From Eukaryota sp. TZLM1-RC (taxonomy: Eukaryota; Protista; Metamonada: BaSk clade): a DNA stretch of 64,000 bases. The notes under the pieces are model-generated. The model was not told the DNA's origin. It saw only the letters and a list, made by a program, of their open reading frames with translations, and did no database searches. A program made the position numbers and the translations under genes. Where the stretch lies: assembly GCA_040285825.1 (NCBI GenBank), contig JAUPSS010000014.1, forward strand, positions 252,337 to 316,336, given 5' to 3'. This document shows positions 11,404 to 21,960 of the stretch, in pieces. Position 1 is the stretch's first letter. Every line of letters begins with the position of its first letter.

Positions 11404-11921
11404 ATGCCAACTCCTATCCAATACACCCTCTTTTTTTGCTTAGTTGTACTTGTTGTCTCACAGGGACCAAGACAGTGGGTATATGTCCGAAATCAAAACT
11501 CATTGTACAAACTCTACCATTCCTCTGTTGATGTGCATTCAGGATTAGGTATGGGGTACTGATGCCATTCACCTCAGTGATATGGCCTGGTGCATATCCT
11601 AGAGACATTGATCATGGTACCGTTTGTGAATTTGAGTTTTATGTTCCAACAGACTGGATCGATCCCCCTACCAATACATCCATGACCATTACTTGGTATA
11701 CAAAGAGTGTGTCTTGCTTTATTTTTCTCATGCTAGATGTTTTACGTCAGCAAAAGGAACGTATCTACATTGATATATTATTAGACACCCGTGGATGGAT
11801 AAATGAGTTTGGGTGTTCTATTACCGACCAACACGGAAAGAGCCATCCGTGTGAACATTGGACTGTTGACGATTATCATCGGTATGTATTTATTGACACT
11901 GGGCATCTTGAGATGAAATAG
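11404..11921 (+). CDS. Small predicted secreted protein of unknown function, intron-containing
   Basis: ATG 11404 with hydrophobic signal-like MPTPIQYTLFFCLVVLVVSQ. A 29-nt GT-AG intron (11549-11577) joins it in frame to ORF 11562-11921. Possible second, in-frame 30-nt intron at 11707-11736. Confidence 0.6.
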
Positions 11922-12465
11922 ATCTTATTTAGTTGTACAGAAGCATTTGAATTGTGAAAAGATTTACTATATAGAGATGAGCAATAATATCAAACAAGCA
12001 AATACATAAATATAGTCATATTGATTTCAAATATTAAATCATATATTTTCAATCAACATTGTTTTAATAATGGGAAAACAGGGTTGTTTTGCTGATAAAT
12101 TAGCATTGTTTGTTGGAATTCAAATATGTAAGAAAAACAACTCTCTTGTTCATTGAATTGATTCCATTGTGCTCATTAGCTTCAGTTAAATTTGGTGGTT
12201 TTGCATTCCGTAAAAGGTTGTAGGGAAAACAGTTACATAAATAGAGAATGATACATTCTCGCAGTGTTTGAGAAACGTCTTATTTGAATTAAAGAGGCAT
12301 AGTTAATATAGGACATGATGATGTGTGGTGTTGAAGTGAACAAAACATTTGAACTCAACTGTTTTCACCTTGTTGCCTACACCGAAGTTTTAGTTTTTAT
12401 ATGTTAATAACTGTGAACTTAGAAGTATAAGACTGGCGAGTATGAATTGCGGTTGTTGGTTGGTG

Positions 12466-12790
12466 GATTATTGGGAGCAATCAATAGCAAACAGCATAGA
12501 GGGAAGTACCTACAACTATTGCCAAAAGTTGCTGATGGGTAAACAGTGCGTGTCAAAATAACAATAACAACAGTCATTCCCGTGGCAGAACGTTAGCTAA
12601 AAGACAGAAGCCCTCCCCAACAGTTGTTGAAATAAAACCAACAACGCAGCACAGCAAAGGTGTAAGACCGGGAGCATTGAAGGTGGAGACAAATACGATG
12701 ACAGAAAGCCCTCCGAAGAGGACGTATCAGCTGTCAAACTGATAAGAACAGATACTACACTTGATCTAAGCCATATAGGCGAAGACTAAT
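12466..12790 (-). ncRNA. U2: U2 spliceosomal snRNA (3' end uncertain)
   Basis: Minus strand reads ATTAGTCTTCGCCTATATGGCTTAGATCAAGTGTAGTATCTGTTCTTATCAGTTTGACAGCTGATACGTCCTCTTCGGAGGGC: stem I, GUAGUA branch-pairing sequence, stems IIa and IIb. Confidence 0.92.
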
Positions 12791-13488
12791 GGAAAAAGAT
12801 TTTTTTCCCAATTTGAACCCTATCACTAGTGAAGTCAGTATATGTCGGATCAAATTTTTTGAACCTGCAACATGTTTAATCTATACATTTCCAAGAAAGA
12901 TAATACAGTAAATAATTGTTTAAATTCGTCGTTATAGTTGAGTCAATTAAACAAGTTACAGAATACCAGTATTCTTTGCTAGAACTCGTTCAGTGTAGAC
13001 AATGGTGTGGTAACACAATCTGGAAATCATGTTGTCACATAATATTTGTTTTGAAGGACTATAGGTTATGTATACAGCAACATAGTTTTAATTCTACATA
13101 CAACGCATTTGCAAATGATCAACATTCAATGGTGTACCACTGAGCTTAGTGATTCTTCGCCTGCTGTACTATTTTGTTATTTAAGAACATTTCAATGAAT
13201 TAATGTTTATTTACGTAGAATAGATGCACTAAACAACTAAAAGCTCATCCGAAATGGGAAAAAACAATAAAAACAAAAGAAATGTTTCATTATTTTGACC
13301 CTGTACAAAATTCCTTTTGATTACTAATCAGCAAGAGCCAAGACACAATAAACAAGAATAAATTAACAGAATTAAAGTTCTTAATAACAAAAACATCAGA
13401 AAAAGGAAATAGAGTAAATCAACAACAGAAACCACTCATAGAAATAAGAATAGCTTAATGTTTAAACAATGGATCAAAAATAAATAAA

Positions 13489-14565
13489 TCAGCCTACAAC
13501 TTTATCTATTAAAGGATTTTCTTCAAACTCCGCTCGACTAACAGACATTGAACCAAAACAAGCCAAACTACTCAAAACTCTTCCTCCATTAAATGCCAAC
13601 AAATGTCTATCCCTAGCATTAACTACCCTTATATTAGCAAAAGAAGGTAATCTTGCCTTAAGTTCTGCAACAAACCTTCCTGCAAAACCCTTAAACAAAG
13701 AAGAACCACCTGTAATAACAATGTTCTTCTGTAATAGTGCTCGAGACTCAGTCTGGCACAAATTCAGGGTGTTGAGGGTAGCATCCACTATACCAAATGA
13801 ATCAACACGGAAACTCAGAGGATCAAATAACACGTTGATAGGATCAGTTCTTTCCCTTTCCAGCACAATTGATTGACCATCTGGAAGGATATAGGTACAT
13901 GCTAAAGGTACGGAGAGTGATGAAGACGCCACATAACCAACTCTGTGCAGTATTTGAGAAGCGAGAAGACACTGCCTGTGGTTGGACAATGGAGTTGAAA
14001 GTTTGGTGTTGATCAAGTTTATAAACTTCTTCAACACTGTCTGTCCACCGAGAGACACTTGCTGAATTCCATCTCCAAACACTTGGCCTTCTAGAACGGG
14101 TACAGTTGATGAAGATGAATGGCCAACATCTACAACAAGACCATTAAGACTACCAGTAGCATAAAGAGAGAGTAAAGGTGAGGAAGCAAAGCAAATGGAG
14201 GGAACTTCAAACCTCTCAAACAGTACTTGAGATATCAATTGCCTGTTACTTTGTGACTGGAAAGGTGGTTCAGTAATGAGAACCGGGTGCTTTGTAGAAG
14301 AAGTTTTGAGAATATCATTGTATATGTGTTCTAATAAGTTTCCCCATTCTTCTTCGTCTGATGGGGATATCGGGGAAAGAGAATGAGTTTGATGTTGAGA
14401 TATAGCTTCACCTCCATAGAGAGTCTTGAACTGACCTTTTTCATTTGTAAATGAATGTAGAAATGGCTTGGCCAAAAAGCAAGGAACAAGGGTTGGGAGC
14501 TCACAGTTAGTGAACCCCACTTTCACATAGTAAGTACCGTTATCTATGACAATTGGAACATCCAT
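13489..14565 (-). CDS. Divergent actin-related protein (centractin/ARP1-like)
   Basis: PIVIDNGT..KVGF, HPVLITEPP, LFERFEVP, GLVVDVG, YILPDG and NIVITGGSSLFKGF actin-fold motifs; likely ATG at 14565. Confidence 0.85.
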   Translation of the reverse strand: MDVPIVIDNGTYYVKVGFTNCELPTLVPCFLAKPFLHSFTNEKGQFKTLYGGEAISQHQTHSLSPISPSDEEEWGNLLEHIYNDILKTSSTKHPVLITEPPFQSQSNRQLISQVLFERFEVPSICFASSPLLSLYATGSLNGLVVDVGHSSSSTVPVLEGQVFGDGIQQVSLGGQTVLKKFINLINTKLSTPLSNHRQCLLASQILHRVGYVASSSLSVPLACTYILPDGQSIVLERERTDPINVLFDPLSFRVDSFGIVDATLNTLNLCQTESRALLQKNIVITGGSSLFKGFAGRFVAELKARLPSFANIRVVNARDRHLLAFNGGRVLSSLACFGSMSVSRAEFEENPLIDKVVG

Positions 14566-14642
14566 TTTTAAAAGTGCCAAGGACTCAGTTTTTTGAACCA
14601 AACTAATTTTCCAGTTTCTACATAAGTTGATGGTTTGTTTAA

Positions 14643-15357
14643 TTTATTGAATTTGCACACTTAATTAAATAAACTCATTACTAATGGGACGACTATCATT
14701 GAACCAAGATTTCCTCTACAAAATCTTGATCTGCTTGCTGTCTAGCAAAAGCTTCTCTTATTCGATTGAAAAACCGTGGTAATCTATTAATAATGGCAAA
14801 TTGAATCCGTGAGCGCCATAAAAATATATCAAATCTTTTCATTGTTTTTTCTTGCACCATTTTTTGGAAGTCATTCAAAAAAGTTTCTGCTTCAACTGAT
14901 AATCTTCCATTTATCGAAAATGGGAAAGCAATAAAAACCAGCTGTGTATTTCTATCAGCATTAGCATCTTCAATATCTTTATCATATTTTCTATGTTTTT
15001 CTTTTGCTTTAAAATCAAGAGCACTCACAGGATTCAGTTTTCTTCTGTGAACCAAAGTATCATTTGCAACATTACATGAGACAAAATCAACAATAGCTTC
15101 AGAATTTTCAATCCAATTACAGTATACATCACCTCTATCATCAGAAGCAAAATTATTCAGAGAAAGTGTTTCCTTCAGCAGAGGCTCTTTGATACACGAT
15201 ATTCTTGCAGTTTGTGCCATATTGAAAACAGTGTCTCTAACAGCATCATTTAGTGAAGAATGATAAGTTATGAATTTCGAACAATTCAGAGCATGGTGCA
15301 AAGTGAGTTGAGGTGAATTCGAACAAATACATTTTTCTTTTGATAATAATTGATTAA
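14643..15357 (-). mobile_element. CRE-like family A 3' fragment
   Basis: ORF 14696-15394 with CIC..HALNC and DDRGD..VDF..EK motifs; family 3'UTR. Confidence 0.9.
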
Positions 15358-15366
15358 TGTTGTTGT

Positions 15367-17508
15367 ATTTTTGCACTAAATGAAGAAATTTCAAAATTTG
15401 GTGTAGAAAAATGGAGTCGATGTGTTCCCCAATGATTCACTGGTAATATTCCTGAAAGAATTATTTAAATTTAAAATTCACTCTTCAAACATTACAAAAA
15501 CGATTGGCTGAAATGTATGAAAATGATCTTTATAAAAATATTTGCAGCTCGGCTGTTTTTAATCAAGATTTTCACTCATTGTTATGGGAAAAAGGTGTTT
15601 GTGAAAATCAGTCATCAGATTCTTCACTGTTTGTAACCCTTGTACCACGAAGATTTGTACTGTGTGCTACTAATGAAGCGTTTGTAACAAAAGTGAGATT
15701 ATATTTGAATACCCCCATTAATGATGCCGTTAGGCAGAAATACCAAAGAAGTAAAGAGAGAAAAAAGAACTTTATTAATAGAAATACTTGTTCTTGAACA
15801 AGTGCCACGTCATCGTGTAAATTCTTCATCTGTCTACCAAGTTAGTTTATCAGTAACAACAACACTGCTTCTTCCCATTTTCTCTCAACAGTTTCGTAAA
15901 CCATTTAGCATAATGAAGATAGGGGATTTGTGAAATAGTGAGGCACGTGGTGTAGATGATTTACTTCGTGCTTAACTTTTGAGGGGCAATCACAAGCTAG
16001 ATGACCTTTCTGATGACAATTGAAACATGTTCCGTCAGTCAAAATGCGAGACCTATAAGATGAACGAGACTTCATACCAGCTTGACGCACAGAGTCAGTA
16101 TTTTCAGAAACAGTCTTTGAAGACCTGTTTCAAGAAGCTACTCGCGTGCAATCAAGTAGTTCATCCTCTGCGGTATTTACCAATGTTGGAAAATCGGGGA
16201 ATACCTCATCCCGAATTCGAGAAATCAGAAATTTCTGCAGTCCTAATGGAAAAATTCCCTTGGCGAATCTGATCATGAAGACTGAATCAGGCAATTTCGG
16301 TCCGGAAGCCCTGCTTTTCGCCTGAAGAAAAGTCTCAGGTAGCAGGAAGTACGTTCACGGACGTCGCCTTTACGGACATCAACCGTCAACTCAGACATCA
16401 CCAAGTTGAATTCCTCGTACGAGGAAAACGAGGTGGAGGATCTTAAATGATCCAGAAACACCTCATCGGATGAATCAACCCCAGGTCTTGTGAGAACCAA
16501 TGATTCTAACAAGAAGGGGTCAACGAGGAGCCTTGCTGGAACAAGGTCCTTTTTCGGTGTAACAGAAGAGTACACCTTCCACTGTTGTAGGAACAACAGA
16601 ACATCATCCACTTCCATAGAAGCAACGGACTGATGTAGTACGTGTGTAGATATCATTTGCAATGAGGGCCAATAATTATTGATGCCGTTAGGCAGAAATA
16701 CCAAAAATGAAAAGAGGTTTATTAATAGAAATACTTGTTCTTGAACAAGTGCCTCGTCATCATGTAAATTCTTCATCTGTCTACCAAGTTAGTTAATCAG
16801 TAACAACAACATTAATCAATTATTATCAAAAGAAAAATGTATTTGTTCGAATTCATCTCACTTTGCGACATGCTCTTAATTGTTCGAAATTCATAACTCA
16901 TCGTTCTTCACTATATGATGCTGTTAGAGACACTGTTTTTAATTTGGCACGAACTGCAAGAATCTCGTGTATCAAAGAACCTCTGCTGAAAAAAACACTG
17001 TCATTAAATAATTTTGGTTCTGATGACAAAGGTGATGTATACGATTGAGAACTCTGAAGCTGTTGTTGACTTTGTCTCCTGCAACGTTGCAAGTGACAGT
17101 TCAATTCAAAGAAGAAAACTTAATCCTGAAGATGCCCTTGAATTTAAACTTCAAGAAAAACATAGAAAATATGATAAAGACATTGAAGAAGCTAATGCTG
17201 ATAGAAATGGAATACTTGTGTTTATTGCTTTCCCATTTTCGATAAACGGAAGACTATCAGTTGAAGCAGGAACCTTTTTGAATGGTTTCCAAAAAATGGT
17301 TCAGGAAAAATCAATGAAAAGATTTGATATCCTTCTATGGCGCTCTCGAATTCATTTGCCGTTATTAAAAGATTGCCTTGGTTTTTCAATCGTATAAGAG
17401 AAGCTTTAGCTAGACAGCTGATCAAAATTCTGTAAAGGAAATCGTGGTTCAATGAATTTCGTCCCATTAGTTATGAGTTTGTTTTGTTAAGTGTGCAAGT
17501 TCAATAAA
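15367..17508 (+). mobile_element. Diverged CRE-like family A copy carrying a nested LTR element
   Basis: Family A sequence resumes exactly across the 15722-16811 insertion; several frameshifts; 3'UTR ends TCAATAAA at 17508. Confidence 0.85.
15722..16811 (-). mobile_element. Non-autonomous gag-only LTR element (TR-GAG/TRIM-like), 1090 bp
   Basis: LTRs at 16680-16811 (5') and 15722-15864 (3') read TGTTG..CATCA on the minus strand; TTAA TSD; PPT GAGAGAAAATGGGAAGAAGCAG; decayed gag (16273-16660) with zinc knuckle CFNCHQKGHLACDC; no pol. Confidence 0.9.
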
Positions 17509-17738
17509 TTAATTTGTTCACAAGAGTAACAAATCAATTGACATTTGTCACTCTAAGTGAAAGCTGATGATGATAGGTTAACTAATCAAGCAAAAGGTGG
17601 AAAGAAATACCATTTTCAATGATGTACATTACACAGGTGCTGATTAATCGTCATCACAAAAAGTTCTGCCAATGTACACCAATAATTGGAAACACTGAAA
17701 CGGTGATTCAGAAAATTTCCCAAATGAAGAGAGCTCAC

Positions 17739-17880
17739 AAACGCTCTTCACCCCACTATTACCGCCGTTGAACTATTACCGTATTTCTGTCAAACTAATC
17801 CGTGATCGTAATGGAAAAGTAAAGGTATTGGGTATGTTGAATTTCCCGGCGAAGACTATGTTTTGAAGGCTGTGATGTTG
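17739..17880 (+). pseudogene. RBM39-like RRM fragment, second copy
   Basis: Aligns to 2937-3072; RNP1-like SKGIGYVEF..EDYVLKAV. Confidence 0.5.
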
Positions 17881-18318
17881 TTTGACCCATGATAAAATAA
17901 AATGATGACGTGTCAGTAAGTCAAAAGGAAAATTCAAATTTGGATGAGATAATTCCTTGCTATCATCTTCACATCGTCGCTCTTGGTGTAGAAGCTAAAT
18001 TACAAGGAGATATCCTGACATCTGATTAAACTTCTCTGTTTTGTGATTGCAGAGTTGGTCGCGATAGTCTAACATAATTCATTACAACAAGAGTAACCAT
18101 CAATAATAATTCTATAGACACAATTGAGAAAGGGACAATGTCGTCTTTATGACAAAACAGGTTAAGCTGACTTATTTTGGACAAACCCGCTGTAGGATGT
18201 TGTTTGTTTGGACCCTATATGACTTGCGCTTTATTCATGTTGTCTTACTTAAACATTCATATGGATTTGAATATTGGTATTTTCTTCAGAACATGTTTGA
18301 TACATCAATCCCTTTGAT

Positions 18319-21300
18319 ATGTCTCACCTCTACTTGACCGATGTTTTTGCTGAACAGTCGTCCCCATTGAAAATCATCACAGCACTTCGTGAGAAAGGTT
18401 CCTCTCCCCAACTTATTTGGATTGCGGACGAATCAACCACTGTTTGTCTGCTGTGTAATACGCCTTTCAGTACCCTTCACAGAAGACGACACCACTGTCG
18501 TTTCTGTTTGAAAGTTGTTTGCGCCACTTGCTCATCAACACCTTCTTCTTTACGTCTTTGCACTATCTGTTTGTCCTTAACATTCTCATTCACTCTCACA
18601 AGGCCCAACATCTCTTTTTGTTCCTCTCCACCTCGTTGTTTGTTGGACTCCTCCTTTGCTGAGTACAACAGTGTGTTTACTTCTAAACCTTCTAATGTTC
18701 CTATTCAAGCCGTTTTATTCCTCCAAGAATTACTTGACCGCTTCAGTATCTCTGACTTTAAATCTGATTTCTACTCTCTATCACCCAGAATAGTTTCTTC
18801 AGTGAAATCCTGCTTAGCCAATTTCAACAATGATATTACTAGCTACTATTCTTTTCATTACAAGTACTCCCACCAGGAAAAGGTTGTTCTTCACTATGGA
18901 ATTTTATTAGATGGGAACGTTGTTACAATTTCTAGGAATTTGTTCAATTTACTCAATCAGAAATTCTTGATTTTTCTCATCAACGATGATGTTTTACTTG
19001 AATCTACCATTGATGTTTGTGAATCATGGGCAAAATCAATTGTTGATATATTATCTAAATTATTTTCAGCATTTAGTTTTCCTGTTTTGTTAGTAATTAA
19101 AGGAAAAGTTTCGAGTTTGCTCCTCAATTTATTAAATAATAATGAAATCTATTGTGCTTTCAACCTTGACCAAGAATTATTTGATTCTATTTCAAAAACC
19201 CTCAATCTCCCAATCATTCCTTCTATATATATCTTAACCTCCCTTCAAATCAATCCTCGTCTATCCCAATCTATCCTCTCAGCATTCACTTCTCCTGTCC
19301 ATGTTAACATCTTCAACTCTTTCCTCGCCTTTGTCTCTCCTTCTCCCCACTTCTCTTTCATCATCACCTCCCCATTCCTTCCTTGCTCTCTTTTTCCCTC
19401 ACTCAAACAATCCCTTCGTCTTGTAGCTTCTTTTCTCCACCTACCACATGTCCCATTCTCTTCTTCTCTGTTCACCTCTTCTTCCCTCTTTTATCTCCCT
19501 TCACAGTCGATCTCACCTTCATCATTCGTTGATTCTTCCCTTCTTCCCATTCTCTCTACATACCCTTCCTTGCCTTTCCTTCCTTCATGCTTGCCTGTCC
19601 CTCTGAGACTCCCTAATAGTGATGTTTACCGGTCACTATGTTTATCATGTCACATGTCACCTCTCCTTTCCTTTCCCATTATTGCAGGATTATTTTGCAG
19701 GAATGAAACTTTACGAGATTCGTTGTGTTTTCCTTTTCATTATAGGATTCTTTATCCGTGGTCTCAGTTTGATTTAACCTTGATTGATTGGTTTCAGGGT
19801 CAATTATCCAATTCTGAGCTGATGACGTGTACATCACATGACTTGTGGTCTTCTGATAAGCTTTTGGAAGTATTAAATCTGGAAGCTAATTCTAGTAGTA
19901 GATCTTATTTTTCTGAATGCTCTCATCTCTCTTTGGGTTTTCATTATCTTTTTCTTATTGGAAAAAACTTTTCATTGAATATTTCAGTAGAATTAGTCAC
20001 TCAAACTACTGATGATTTAACTTTGTTTTTTGAGTGTTGCAATCAATCAATTTTGATTGACCGGTTGATTGATACATTTTCATTTAGTCAGTTGATTATT
20101 CTTTTTTTGACTGGTTATTGGAAGGAAAATTGTTGTAATTGTCTTGAAGTAGTTTCTAATTTCGTTATCTTATACGCAAATCTCAAGCTGAAAATTAAGA
20201 GAACAAGAAATAATTTAAGAAAACTACACACAAAATTTTCCATGTTTCCTGATTTGAAACCCTCAATTCCTTCCTCAATTAGCTCCGCTGATCCTTTTTT
20301 ATCAATTCCGTCAACCTTATCCAAGCAAAGTTTGTACAGTCATTATAAAGAATTACCCAACCCTAACCCTCATTGTTCAAGCGATTCGTTGTATAAAAGA
20401 TTGTGTAGGAAATTCAACAAGAATCACGTTGACCAAGTTTTAGATTTGACCGATACTTCGCAATCAGTTAAAGTGAATGAATCTTTGGAGTGTGATGTTC
20501 ATTTTGCCAGACAATTTGAGGTGTTTCGAAAGTTAAAATTTGGTCACAACTATTCTAAATCATTTATTTCTTCTCTATTTGACGTGGAAAGTATTGGGAA
20601 TGAAGGAGGGAAAAGCAGTGCAGTTTTTAGAATCAGTAATTGTAAGAGATTCATTATTAAAAGTGTAAAATACGTGGAATTGGAGAATTTTATGTTGAAT
20701 TTCAACGCCTATTTCAACCATTTTTGTTGCTCCTTATTACCCAATGGTTCTTTTATTGTTCCAATTGTTGGACTATTTACTGTTATTTTGTCCAATACAG
20801 ATTCTAGCACTCAAAAATTTGGCTTTATTATTTCTGAAAATGTACATTTCAATTCACCAATCAATTACCAAGTTTTTGATTTAAAAGGTTCAGCATGGAG
20901 GAGGAAAGCCAAACCTGGAAGCAATGTTTTCTTAGATGAAGACTATATTGTTAAATTTTACAAAAACCCTTCTTTAATCTCTTTACAAGAAAAAAACCAC
21001 ATAATGACAACTCTTGCTAGAGATACACTAATGTTATCCAATCTAAATGTTGTTGATTACTCACTGATTGTTGGCATAACCAGAACAAAAATCAGAATTG
21101 GAATAATAGATTATCTTGCTCGTTATAGTACTTTTAAAGCAGTTGAATCTAAGGTAAAGCAATCTTATTTTTATAATTGGAAGGGGTTAGATCCAACAAT
21201 TGTTTCCCCCCAGCACTATAGACTTCGATTTATTAATTCAATTGATTGTTATTTTTTAGGTGTTGCAGATGAAACAGTTTCTATTCCCAGTATCGATTAA
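18319..21300 (+). CDS. FAB1: Fab1/PIKfyve-like phosphatidylinositol 3-phosphate 5-kinase
   Basis: FYVE domain (WIAD..C..C..F..RRRHHCRFC..VVC..C); C-terminal PIP5K domain (GGKSSAVF, FIIK, FDLKGS, VVDYSL, GIIDYL, PTIVSP..YRLRF). Confidence 0.85.
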   Translation: MSHLYLTDVFAEQSSPLKIITALREKGSSPQLIWIADESTTVCLLCNTPFSTLHRRRHHCRFCLKVVCATCSSTPSSLRLCTICLSLTFSFTLTRPNISFCSSPPRCLLDSSFAEYNSVFTSKPSNVPIQAVLFLQELLDRFSISDFKSDFYSLSPRIVSSVKSCLANFNNDITSYYSFHYKYSHQEKVVLHYGILLDGNVVTISRNLFNLLNQKFLIFLINDDVLLESTIDVCESWAKSIVDILSKLFSAFSFPVLLVIKGKVSSLLLNLLNNNEIYCAFNLDQELFDSISKTLNLPIIPSIYILTSLQINPRLSQSILSAFTSPVHVNIFNSFLAFVSPSPHFSFIITSPFLPCSLFPSLKQSLRLVASFLHLPHVPFSSSLFTSSSLFYLPSQSISPSSFVDSSLLPILSTYPSLPFLPSCLPVPLRLPNSDVYRSLCLSCHMSPLLSFPIIAGLFCRNETLRDSLCFPFHYRILYPWSQFDLTLIDWFQGQLSNSELMTCTSHDLWSSDKLLEVLNLEANSSSRSYFSECSHLSLGFHYLFLIGKNFSLNISVELVTQTTDDLTLFFECCNQSILIDRLIDTFSFSQLIILFLTGYWKENCCNCLEVVSNFVILYANLKLKIKRTRNNLRKLHTKFSMFPDLKPSIPSSISSADPFLSIPSTLSKQSLYSHYKELPNPNPHCSSDSLYKRLCRKFNKNHVDQVLDLTDTSQSVKVNESLECDVHFARQFEVFRKLKFGHNYSKSFISSLFDVESIGNEGGKSSAVFRISNCKRFIIKSVKYVELENFMLNFNAYFNHFCCSLLPNGSFIVPIVGLFTVILSNTDSSTQKFGFIISENVHFNSPINYQVFDLKGSAWRRKAKPGSNVFLDEDYIVKFYKNPSLISLQEKNHIMTTLARDTLMLSNLNVVDYSLIVGITRTKIRIGIIDYLARYSTFKAVESKVKQSYFYNWKGLDPTIVSPQHYRLRFINSIDCYFLGVADETVSIPSID

Positions 21301-21452
21301 ATAGTGTTTTGTTTTGTTTAAATTTGTATACTTTTCAGTTGAACGTTTCAATTTTTTCATTTGATAAAGAAAACGCTGTTGAAGAAACGTTGTATCTTCA
21401 AAGATTTCGGGTTCTCAATTTTTATGGGGTCGAATGTTGTTTTCTTTTGTAA

Positions 21453-21525
21453 GCCCAAATGGCTCAGTTGGTAGAGCATTCCTTTAGTAAGGGAAAGGTC
21501 CTGAGTTCGATTCTCAGTTTGGGCA
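21453..21525 (+). tRNA. tRNA-Thr(AGT)
   Basis: Acceptor stem GCCCAAA/TTTGGGC; D arm GCTC-AGTTGGTA-GAGC; anticodon loop TTAGTAA; T arm CTGAG-TTCGATT-CTCAG; T4 run just downstream. Confidence 0.95.
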
Positions 21526-21960
21526 GTATTTTCTGCATTTAATATGTTCTAAAAAGTTGGTTGGCTTTTTTCTCATCGTCCAACGTTTTGGGGAACACGG
21601 TATGGCACACTAGGCTCTTGCAAAGATGTTTGTATATTAATTTAATCAATTTTGAGTCTCTCTTCATTTTGTCTATACCCATTGAAGAATTTTGCATTAA
21701 CATCGCATCTAGAATTCATGTTGCAGACTTTCACTTGAAAGCGTTTTTGTTGAAAAGGTTTTTCATTAACATTATTGATTTCAACTCCCTTACATATATT
21801 GATTTTGGACGACTAAAGTAATCACTTCAGAAGGAATATTGATTTGTTCAATGTATTTTAAACAAGTGAGACATTTGACTTAATAATATTTTCAGTGAAA
21901 CTTTTGGAATAGAGGAAAAATACTTCAAAAAAATGAATATTGCTAGACAGTAATATCGTA

